The notes below the pieces were generated by a model that had not been told where the DNA came from, ran no database searches, and saw only the letters and a list, made by a program, of their open reading frames with translations. The translations under genes were made by a program, and so were the position numbers. This document shows, piece by piece, positions 40,601 to 51,436 of a stretch of DNA of 64,000 bases (position 1 is its first letter; every line of letters begins with the position of its first letter). The DNA lies in the NCBI GenBank assembly GCA_965235115.1, contig OZ249436.1, forward strand, positions 50,842,001 to 50,906,000. The letters are read 5' to 3'. The DNA comes from Laetmonice hystrix. Taxonomy: Eukaryota.

Positions 40601-41254
40601 GGTTTGTTTCTTACAGACTTCTCTTAGTGAAGCGCAACACTCACAGTAGTAACTGCGCGGGTTCTGTCAGTCCTCTACAACATCGGCGCTTTCTCTACCG
40701 AGTCACGATTGCCAGTTTGGACAACAGGGGGCAGACTAAGTTCATCAAGACAACTGGCGTCAAAACTCTCACACTTGGAAAAGATGAGGTAATAAGACAA
40801 GATCTCTGAATTCTCAAACTGTGTTATCAAGTGTTTGATAGCAGGGGAAGTGGTTTACAGGTTTACTTGGTCAACTACCCAGATATTAACCTTTGAGGCT
40901 AAGTCTAATATGTTGGACCAAAAAATGATGAAATTTTGGACTAGTATTATGTAATGTGGAAAGGTCGTGATTTTGGCCCCTGTTGATTGCATAATAGAAA
41001 ATAAATGCCGAGTGATGAAATGCTGATAGTTCAACTGTTTCTTTCCAACTCGGCAGGAAGCTGCCATCTTGGGTATCGAACGCAGCCTCTCCTTCCCCCT
41101 ACACGTCAGTGCTAACTTCCTCTTCTTCACACCCATCGAGAGGCGCATCTCAGACCAATCACAGATTATCTCGGTGGGAAACACTTGTGCGAGTATGAGC
41201 GACTCGAGTAGCACAGTCTCAGGTGCAGGAGATCTAACGACTGACAGCAGTTGA
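34664..41254 (+). CDS. GMCL1: Germ cell-less protein-like 1 (BTB/BACK CUL3 adaptor); exons 34664-34830, 35752-35875, 36037-36133, 36660-36804, 37135-37266, 38009-38093, 38290-38374, 38638-38778, 39393-39462, 39852-39927, 40175-40236, 40617-40788, 41057-41254
   Basis: Motifs STSKYIYETLF, WHLHKVYLCQ-CDYFSSMFSGSW, AFGSLYQDDV, LFVIQVEMDVYSLLKKW, CWRWTGFNYGLDLLV and FPLHVSANFL match GMCL1/gcl. The N-terminus MGTSWS fits a myristoylation consensus. Introns are GT-AG with consistent phases. Confidence 0.95.
35045..35248. mobile_element. GC-rich foldback MITE in GMCL1 intron 1
   Basis: TIR GCCCGGGATACACGGGGCAA / TTGCCCCGTGTATCCCGGGC with internal palindromes (GGCGACGCGTCGCC twice). TSD not clear. 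Confidence 0.75.
35356..35518. mobile_element. Short TTAA-flanked MITE (Kolobok/piggyBac-like)
   Basis: TTAA|AGCAGCAGTCTCGTC ... GACGAGACCCTCGCT|TTAA, imperfect TIR. Confidence 0.55.
35569..35690. mobile_element. Small Harbinger-like MITE
   Basis: Imperfect TIR GGGGTGCATTTCT ... AGAAACACACCCC with CAG at both flanks. Confidence 0.5.
37471..37986. mobile_element. hAT-type MITE in GMCL1 intron 5
   Basis: TIR CAGGGCTGGTA / TACCAGCCCTG, perfect 8-bp TSD ACTCTAAC, and subterminal GATTTAAATC palindromic repeats at both ends. Confidence 0.9.
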
Positions 41255-42681
41255 CATATGGATGCCATCTTGATTTTTTCCCTAGGGAAAGCAACTCTAT
41301 TATGACAACTTAAGTTTTCCATCCAGCTTTATTCTGTTGTGGCACCTGTTTCTTCATTGCATGTACTTACGTACGATCTCATTATGCTCATTTGGCAGTG
41401 GATAGAGAGAGCAGTTAGATATCCTAAAAGGTCATAGGAAACATTAAGTTTAGAAATTGTTGATTTCTCACTAGGATGTTATTAGATTTGGATTGCAAAC
41501 CCGTTGAAATGTTCCAAAGAATATCGATTCCATAATATACATCCCCAGGTTATCAGAATTTACCCTTGGCCTGGCAACAGGAGACAGTTCTAAGTCACAT
41601 GTGTCACTTAAATTGCATTCCTCAGAATGGCAGCATTCGTTCAGTCGATGTTGCAGGTGGCATTCTTTTATGCACAAAAGTATTTTGCTTCTTATTCTTG
41701 AATATCAAATGTATAATTATAATAAAAACCTTGTACATATAATTTATATCGTTCAGCGAGTTTTATTACTGTTCTTCCCCAGTGAGTGGAAAGAGGATGC
41801 ACGGCCAGTCGTCCCTATGATTGTCAAAGATGGGATATTTGCTAGTACACGTACATTAATGTGTAACCCTAGCAGTAAGGAAGGCCCACCGCCAACCCTT
41901 GTAATGCTAACCTTTGAACAGATGGCTAGTAGAGATACAGTGAAGCGGATTTGTCTGATCTGGTATTAAGTATCTGGCTACACCAGTAATCGGTGTACAC
42001 CGTACTGATAACCCTCTCAAACCCTCACCTTTAACCCCGAGGTCAAGACTGGCGTACCCATACTTTATTTCAACATGAAATTTAATAGGGGGGGGGGGCA
42101 GATCCTTCCATCCTTAGCTCCTAACAGAACTCCAACCACCAACTTTGTAAGGATATTACCATCCGAATCTTATAACCGTTTCATGTCACAGAGGGCCGCA
42201 AAACGTTCCTGACTGTATGATATTTAAAGGTGCATTTTGAATTTGATTCTGGGGACTAGCTGCTTCAAATCTTAGGCGACTTCTTAGGTGGAAGCTCTCA
42301 GCAACTGCTGAAGTATCAAGTGAAAGTTTCCTAACTTAAGGTACTGAAAACGTTTGGTGCATCAGTCGCAGAAAACGTGGGGTGGTGCAATGAATCCATG
42401 TTCAACTGTGTTGAATCTCTTCAGATCCAACACTTTCTCACAGAAAAACTCACATGCTACAATTGGAGTGCTCAATCAATGACTTTTATTTTAGACAGTG
42501 GAACCTAACATGACTACTCATGAGTCCTTACTTATCTGAATTACAGAATATTTTACTGCCATTACAAGCAGACATTGAACAGGTTGCCAGAAGAAGATGA
42601 CTGTGTGAACGACTGTATTTCCATAATTTTATGTTGCTCCTCAGTGCTCCTGTTGCTCAGGTTCTAGTTGAGGATATTATA

Positions 42682-43586
42682 CCCTAGTCACACTAGAGGC
42701 GGAATGAGCCAGAATGCTGTCGGAATGAAAAGTCTTGGTATATTCCTGGATATTCGAAGTGCATTCTAAACGTTCTGACTGCATTCTGAGTGCATTCCAA
42801 ATATTCGGGCACATTCTTGTGGGCGGCCCGAAGGTTTTGTCCATGCTCAAAACTTTCGAGGTGCATTCGAAGTGAAGGAATATCGGACGGCATTCGAATT
42901 GTATTCTAATTGCAATCTGACTGCATTCTAAATATTCTTACGGCATTCCAACAGCATTCGAAACATTCTGATTGCATTCGAGGGAAAATCGAAACGGCAA
43001 GCCACTTCAAATCCTGCCTGAATGTTCCGAATGCGCTTCGAATGAGCCGGAATGCACCTCGAATGCATCTCGATTGCTGCCGGAATCTATACTCGGGGCA
43101 TTCTTGTTACATTCTAAGTACATTCGAAGTGCATTCTAAGTATTCGAGCTGCATTTTTGGACGTTCGAACCATATTCGGCGGCCATTCCGGGAGCGTTCT
43201 GGCTGCATTTGAGGTGAATTCGTACAGCATTCGAGGCACCTTCCAACTAGACTTCGGGCGGTATTTGGGCAGCAATCGAACCGCATTCGTACGGCATTCG
43301 AGGTGCATTCTAAATATTCTGATTGCATTCTAAGAGCATTCTAAATATTCCTACTGTGTTCCAACTACATTCCAGGTGCTTTCGAGTGCTAATACACCCG
43401 GAATGTGCAAGAATCATTCGAGGCGGGTTCGAAGCGCATTCTAAGTATACGAAAGCCATTCTTACAAAGCTGTAAGAATTTTGGTCAATTTGAAATTCCC
43501 TCCCGAATGTGGCGTGAATTTGGAGAATTCTTCATTCCGGCTGGTTCTGCTTGATTCCTGGTGATTCCGAATAAGTGTGACGGGGG
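42682..43586. mobile_element. Non-autonomous DNA transposon built from degenerate GCATTCGAA-type repeats, between the convergent GMCL1 and TIMM23 ends
   Basis: TIR CCCTAGTCACACT / AGTGTGACGGGGG with TA on both flanks. The interior carries dozens of gcattc/gaatg motifs. Confidence 0.75.
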
Positions 43587-43853
43587 TATAACGAGTCCAC
43601 CAGGGGGCATTGAGTTACCTGTTCCAGACATTGCACCCTTAAGGTCATCCCCAGTGAAAACTATCCTGAATTTGCCAGTTTCATAATCTTTGCCAGTATC
43701 TTTTGGCAATCTTTGAATCTGATTGTTCAGCACTGTACTGCCAGTTCGGGACCCTCCTAGCCTGGCTAATCAACCTAAAAGTCTTGTCATCCCCTGACAA
43801 AATGATGGGAAAATGATGAAGATGATGAAGATGAGTCAGCTATAGCAGAGCCA

Positions 43854-46800
43854 TCATGTAGACAAGACGGAGCGTAATCTGTCACGGCCTGTGTAGAGTG
43901 AGTAGGCACCAGCCAACCCAAAACCTATCGCACCTCCTCGCATGCATTTTTTCAGGCCAGCTGCAAGTAAAAAATATTATTACAGAACAGACTAATTTTG
44001 ATTGTTTAACGTTGACAGTTCCAGTAATAGTTACAATCAATATTCTCTTTCAATGAATGAATTTTAATGTAACCTTGATTGAGCCACCAGTAGATGTGGG
44101 GCCACTGTTCTATATGCTGGTCAAACTATGATAATTTCTGACATAAAACAACAGCAATCGTGACTTTTGTCCCTATGCACACATTTATCACACGACCATT
44201 TGTAACAGCCCATATGTCTTCTCGTTCGGCAATATAATTTGATGCTGGCTCGAAGCAGTCAACGACCTCGGCAACCCAAAAATTTAGAAAAAGTAAAAAG
44301 TACCATGGGTCTACATTTCAACTGCATCAAAACCTTTCACATGCATAACCACAGGTATTATCAGCAGAAAGATAATGTTAGCAGGTGTAGCAGACTAGGA
44401 CCAAGACTCCAAGAGCCAAGCAAATGGATTAAACTAGTCCAACGAGCATGCCCTTTTATAACACAACACTCTAGTGGCCAGAAGTTGGATTTTTTCATCC
44501 CATGAACACTATTTAAGTAAGACCACATTCCATTTATGTGGCTTCAGGTTCAACAGCCCCAACTTATTCCACAAAATTCAAAAAAACTTGCCACATTCAA
44601 AAGGCAAATGTACAAACAAGACTTGGACTTGCCTGATGATTTAAATAGAAGTCCAGTAAGTGTTCCTGCTGTCATTGTATTTAGTTCATCCTCTACTCCT
44701 CGTACCTTCCCTATGATTGTCCCAAACACGCTGTACATCAAGGCTGAAACACAAGCACTGCACAATTAGAAACAAAGACAACCCTTTAACTGACCCACAG
44801 ACTGGTGTTTTGACACTGGGATAGTAAAATCATGAAATCCTGGCTTTTATGTAATATAATTGCATGTCGGAAAACTAGAATTACATGGATAATAGACTAG
44901 ATCGCTTTATTCTATATTTGTTCCCTCAAAAATGTATTTAAAATCATTCATAAAGTTGAAATGAGGACAATTTGGACAAAAACATTCAATATTTCATTAA
45001 TCTTGCATTGAACCATACAACAAACTCCCTCCTGTCAATGGAACTTACCTACAACGCCCAGTGTTTGTGCTGTTGAGGCACCACCTTTAGTGATGGAATT
45101 TAATAGCCTGTGAGGACAAACAAATGTCTGGTAAGTCTATCGGCATCTTTACATTAACTCTATTCACTGGAACACCACCCGAAACAAAACAATGTTTCCT
45201 GGCTGACTATCATCAATGTAAGAAAGTCAGGGTTAGGATGAGTCCAGGACATTTTTCAGCCAGATTTCTGGCAACTGTAGCATTAATATGCCAAATCCAG
45301 TCATTCTTAAAAGAATTTTAAAGAAGAAAAAAAGATTAAGAAGAACTGATAAGCTCAGATTCAAAAATTTAAATGTCAATCACTGGTAGTGGCAGTCTAC
45401 AGGCCGTCTTGGAACGGCACAATGTAATGTTCTTTGGCTCTAGTCGGCTTAGGGCCAGGCAGAGAAGGCCTGGTTGTGGCCCAGCCTGACAACATTTTAA
45501 TGGGACTACTCGGTATACCGGTAGCCTACATCACCAAACGTTTTCCAAAGCAAGTGTTGGACTCCCTAGATATGGTGTTATCAGTCGCCTTTGGCGATTT
45601 GGGGAGCAGGTAGCGTGACCCCTGAAAGTATGATTGGCAGTGAAACCTTACTGTGTTCGTCGGATGGGGCCAGTCAACTGTTCTGCCTTGGTCAACTTGA
45701 AGCCATTGTAGAGACCGTTTACACCTCCTGCAGCGCCACCTTAAGGAACACAGACACACAAAATAACCTTTGTCAATTGTGGTGTAAATCTTTTAGTGCA
45801 CTTAGCCCACTTGATCTTTTATGCTTCAACATGGAATCTTTATTTTCACGATATAAATCTGGTTAGAAGTAGGTTATTTGATTTTGCAAGATGTGTGATT
45901 CTTAAAATCCCTGCCAGACTTCTACTTAAAAATTACAATTCTGATAGTCTCTGAGAGGAAATTCCGTCATGATATTAAACAAAAATTAAGATAACGTTAC
46001 CTAAAAAAACTGATCCACCAATCTGTGAAAAAGCCAGCTCAAATCGCCCTCTGCGATGAGATGCTCCCTCCGGGAAAATATATTGAGACTGGCCCTGAAA
46101 GACATAATAAAAGGTGTCACGACTGTTACATTAACTAACCGACAATCAAATGGGCGTCATTCATGATGATGTCATCATATGGGGAAGCCCTTCACGTACA
46201 GTTCAAGCTGGACAGGAATACTTTGGGGGATGTTGGTCTACAAATAAACATGACAGCACTAGTCTCTAGGCTTGTTCCCTTTAAACAATTCGGAAGTAAA
46301 TACTGCAACTTGTTTCCCTGCTAACCAAGGCAGAGCCCCATCGAGCCCAATGATCATGTATACTCGCAAGGACAAGCACTGTGACAGGCTTGACACTGGA
46401 AGTCCCAGTGGTTGCGGAAGTGGGCTTTAGACACTGGCAGTGCCTAGCGGGTTTTGCATGAAGTAGTTTAGGGAGCCCCTATTCATCATACCTACATCTT
46501 CACTTTAAACTGAAAGCAAAGGATCAAATACATCTGGCAGAGTACCGACTTACCGGAGAGACATAGGATGGGTCAAAGTTCAGGTATGGAGACAAGATGG
46601 AGTTTGGTGAAGAAGTTACTGAAAAAAATAAATTTAATTTGAATTATCCTGTTCATAAACAAGAGGTTTGTACTAGCTCTTATTAAAATATCTAAGATGC
46701 CATTACAAGACATTACATTACATCGTTTTTACAAGACAATCAACAGAATCATATTGTGCCTGGGGGAACTACTGTGTGAAAATATATTATATTTCTATGC

Positions 46801-49649
46801 AGATTTGATCAGGAATATGCAATATTATCCCATAAATAGCACTTTTTAAATATTAGCGAGTGCAGCAAGCCGTGAAGCCGCTCGCAAAGCGAGCTCTATA
46901 CCCAAGGAATTGAGAAAGTTGCATCAACCGGACCCGGAAATCCATGTAAAATGAGCCACTCGCCAGGAGCCGGAAAATCAGAGCAATCTGATTGGCAAGC
47001 ATTTAGTGACTTTTCCATTTCACTCTACCTACGATTCATGTGGAATCACCTGTCAGAAATGTTAACAGCCAATCAATGTCGTTTACGGCCACTTGAGCCA
47101 AAACGGTAAAAAACACAGCTTGCCAGACCGTAGATTCAGAACCCGATCTGTTGATAAAAACTTCCATTGGACGTCACAATATCCCCACGTGCTTTTTCCA
47201 AAGTCTACGGTGAGTGTGGCACAACAATATCACCATGGTCGTCTACGATATTAGGCGTTGCTAAGTGATCTGTCAACAGGTAATTCCAGACCCCGTCTTT
47301 TGAAAACAACACAAGCGCCATCAGTGACTCTTTTGGAAATAGCGACAGGAGCTGTATGAGAGACATTGAGAGTCATATCCTTATACTTAGTTATACCGTA
47401 AAATCTCTGATTGAAGTCACACCTTTAATAGAAGTCGCACCCCCGTTTTTGGAATCTGTACTTTTCCCCCATCGATTTAGTTAAAATCTCTAGTAGAAGT
47501 CGCAGGTAGACTTTTAACATTTGACCCAAATGGACGGTCTGTTAATTTGTTAATAAAATATATTTGTCCCTGAAAGTACTGCTAATGTTAATAGAATATT
47601 CATCCGACGAGTTATTTACCATGACCCAATCCCTATTTTAATGATCAGTATAGCTTAAGCAAAGTCCATAATTCATAAGACTCGACACCAGTGGGAGGGA
47701 AGCACGTGGTCTCTGTAGTGGTGCCACCTGGTGGTTTCTAAGATAACTATTCTCACGAGCTCAGCCAAAATCTCTAACAGAAGTCGCACCCCTACTTTTG
47801 GCCTTCTCTTCAGAGTATTTCCAAACTGAATCTCTAATAAAAGTCGCGACTTCTATTAGAGATTTTACTGTAGGCCTAGAGCCTTGGAAGCTATCACGGG
47901 CGCCATGTATAGCGCTCCTAACTTCACAATCACGGACGCTTACGGGCGCAAGCGCCATGGGGTCCGTCAAAAGAGAGGGTCTGTAATTCCTGGCACTCAC
48001 GTTTTCTCAGATTATCAGATAGTTATTCTTTGGCCTCCTGAAACAAAGCCATTGCAGGCTACTAAATATAGATCTAGATAAAAAAAAAACTGCGCTCCCC
48101 CGGGTATATTCTACCACCTTATTACTACTAGCAAGACTGACCTTTTTCAGTTAAAGCCTAAACAAATTTTTTTTTTTTTTGTTTTCTTGACGTTACATTT
48201 CACTTCCGTTTTCCTGTCTTTTTAATTCTGTTTTCTTAAAGCGATCCAAAACCGCCACAAGCAATAGGGCCCATGGATAACCAAGGTATAGTGCCTTTTA
48301 CCTGCCACCATCTAATTCCCACAAAGTCTGTGTGTTAAAAGTAATCCCCGATAGAAACTGACAGTTGACCGTTTACCTACTGCGTCCATCTTTCCAAATT
48401 TACTACTGTGAGACCTTAAGAAAATGGCGTCCCTAGAGCCTACACCCCATTCCCCATCACTGTGTTGGTCAACCATCTTCACGGACACTATGTACAATAA
48501 TGGTTACTGGTGAACTCGGACCACCGTGACCTCGGACCATGGTTATCTCGGCCCATGTCGATTACATGACTTCTTGCTCCCGGCGGGCGTGCACTGGTGG
48601 TTGGACGGGGCCAGACATGCCAATTTGGTCGATCGACAACATAGTGAAAAATCTCTTACCGGGCGCTTAAACGAACAGAAATTCGTCGCAATACCCTCCA
48701 ATGCATGAAATGATGGCTGAAAGCTATTATTTATACGGAGAATTGTCAACTGGAGAATAAAATGTACACTGGTTGGGTCATGGATGGAGTCTGACAGTAG
48801 TGACAGACTACGGCAGTCTACGACCGGGGACATGGCGTGCACTGCCACTGAAGCGTCGGGCTACCGTTCAGCTAGCACACCCAGGCATATCTTCACGAAG
48901 AATCAGCACCAAGTCAAGACCTGCTGATCGGTCTCCTAGTACTATGACACGGATAATCTTACTCGCAGCTCTCAGTCTAGACTCTCTGACTACCTTGTAT
49001 CCTCACCCGATCTGACAGCTGGTCGAAACTCGCGGCTCTGGCGACGTCACACTTCCGGGTGACCTGACTGTTTTTGATTGGCTGAATCAATCTCCCATGT
49101 GATAATGTGATGTAAAATGGCGCCGAGTTCAATTCTCGGCTAGAGGTAGGGTACTCGTAGTTTAAGGTTGGCATTCTCGTTTATGTAAAACCTATTGACC
49201 TGCATTTATTGCTGATGTTATTCTTTATTGTATAAGGCATATGGGAAGGTATAAGGTAGCTGGATTGTTGCATTTAGCTTTAACTTTTTACTTCACCACT
49301 CAAGCCGTCAAGGTCTCAAGTCACTGTCTGCGCCAGAGTGGTCATACTACCAAAGGCAAATGGTATGATAATGGTTAGGCCTATGGCTATGCGACTGTTA
49401 CAGTGTTAGCTAATGATGTAATGTTACGTCGTGTTAGCTTACGTCATGCCTCCCTGCCCAGTGCCAGTGCCGTGGGCGGCAGTGCCAGTCCAGTGGACCA
49501 GTCACCAGTGCCGTGGCGGCTCCGGTCCCCGACTGACCCCTAACGTTACCTAAATAGCGCGAATCCCACTTACCAGGGACATTCAATGATGGATCCCCCG
49601 ACGAGTAGGAACCAAACATGCCCATTCCTCCACCTTGTTTGTTATCCAT
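43854..49649 (-). CDS. TIMM23: Mitochondrial import inner membrane translocase subunit Tim23; exons 49649-49574, 46618-46554, 46094-46001, 45739-45652, 45107-45049, 44743-44633, 43960-43854
   Basis: LSPYLNFDP, RGRFELAFSQIG, LLNSITKGGA, EDELNTMTAGTLTGLLFKSSAGLKKCMRGG are Tim23 signatures. The reading frame is intact across the junctions; the last intron has a GC donor. Confidence 0.95.
47396..47870. mobile_element. Tc1/mariner-type MITE in TIMM23 intron 1
   Basis: TA|CCGTAAAATCTCT ... AGAGATTTTACTG|TA, with internal repeats AATCTCTAATAGAAGTCGCACC. Confidence 0.8.
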
Positions 49650-49869
49650 GGCTTGGTTTGCTACGATTCAGGCGTTTTTAGCACGTACGACCAAACTCCC
49701 CGATCTTCGTAACCCACGGACATGTGAAACGGAAGCAACGTTTTTCAATCAATACGCAGGCGCATTGACCTTAAGTTGCCCTTGACATAATAAACAAAAC
49801 TAGGTCACTTAATCACATGACATGTGTAGTTTCCGGTAAAATACTGGGGGAGCACGTGTGTGAGAGGAG
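49650..49869. promoter_or_regulatory. Bidirectional CpG-rich promoter between TIMM23 (-) and a probable non-coding NAF1 first exon (+)
   Basis: TIMM23 ATG at 49649. ETS-like CGGAAG/TTCCGG motifs and an E-box CACGTG are present, then a strong donor GAG|GTGAGT at 49869/49870. The NAF1 ATG lies 2 nt after an acceptor at 51434. Confidence 0.6.
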
Positions 49870-51436
49870 GTGAGTATAATAACGGTGATTGTCCGTCGCC
49901 AGAGAACGTTTGGGAAACTAACAGGACGGTAATTTCACAAGATATAATAACACGTTAACGACTTATTAAGAATTTGGTCTTACGTCATGGATTATGTTTC
50001 TGTCGTTCCTGGATTTCGTTGATGCCGATGCGATGGTCACTTATGTTATCGCTCAGCCGCACTGCACAGTCCACACCACACTGTCCACAGGCGCAGACAC
50101 AGGCACAGCAAAGCCACAGCTACACATAGCCTAGGAAGTTAGACAAGTCAACGCTCTAGGGCAGTTAATTCCTCTGCTTCGCTGCTGCCTAGGGTTTGAC
50201 TCTAGTTTTAGCCTCCTACACTCAGTAGTGGCAGGTTAACACTGCTCTTTTTTGGCAACTGATCCCTATATTTTCACTCACCACGACACCAGTTCTAATT
50301 CATGAAGCTAACGCACTTACCAAAAAGATCACACACTGATTTCCGTTGTTCTACAAATGTACTACATCTGGTAGGGCTATGCAACCTTGTTTGGGAGTAT
50401 TCTCGTTTCCGATAATTCGGGCATTTCTAGGTGGCGCTGCTATCTTCGCTGGCCAGAGCCGGTGAAAACAAAAGCCTAGCAACGCTATTGTGTTGAAGGG
50501 GCATTTGGACACACAGTTTTCTCAGGCACAGGGCACAGTCTAAAGATATTAACTGCATGTTAATTGACCAGCTTGAGTACAACATTGGTTTTTCTGTGCA
50601 TCTGATGTCAAATAATTTAGCAACTAATTCAAACCTTCCTTCCCCTATGATCTGTGGTTATGTCTCATTAAAAAAAAATCTTGCTTCACCAGTACAGTTC
50701 TCTGATTCTTTCTTTTCTTGGATGTAACCCACCTACCCTTTGCTGGTAGCATGCACCGCACCGTCCTATCCAGGTTAGATCACTGGGCCTGTGTGGTGGT
50801 ATTATAGGGCACCACCGGCGGGTCTTTGGTTGTAAGAAAGGCACTAGTTGTGGCTTTTGGGGCAAAAAAGGGCATGAATGGCAGAGCCTGTTGGGGGCAC
50901 GGCGGGTCGCCCTTCCAAATTGGCCTAGATATATCCCTGGAGAGAATAAGGAAAATTGGCATAACCCATTTTCTGTTTACCTGAAAAGTGACATGGTAAC
51001 CCATCGTTCGGTTACCCAAAAAATTTCTGGGTAACCCGAATGGGTTATGCAGAAATAATTTATAAACCCTTGCTACTGTATTCAGATTTCAATTGGCTAG
51101 ACGTAGGCTCTGGCAGTGGCAAAAATAGCCCACCAGATTAAAGTGACCAGCAACTTCTACTGTCTCATGGCCATGCATGGCCTGCCCCATTCATCCCCAC
51201 CCCTTCTCCAGGCCTCAGATTAAAGGCTGTTAATCTCAGGCTTGTGAATTCATCATGATGCCATACTTGGTATATTAGCCACATGCTTGTTTTGAATTTT
51301 ATAATGTATTAAGACATTGAGACACTGTTTATTTTACTTAGTCAATCATATTTCAATGGTACATTAATTTCAATCAGTGGAAACTCTCATGAAGTGTTTT
51401 TTACTTCATACTAACGTTTTATATATATTTCCAGGT

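Noticed and set aside
42693..43328. Several ORFs in the GCATTC-rich region
   Set aside because: Low-complexity translations of a non-autonomous transposon interior.
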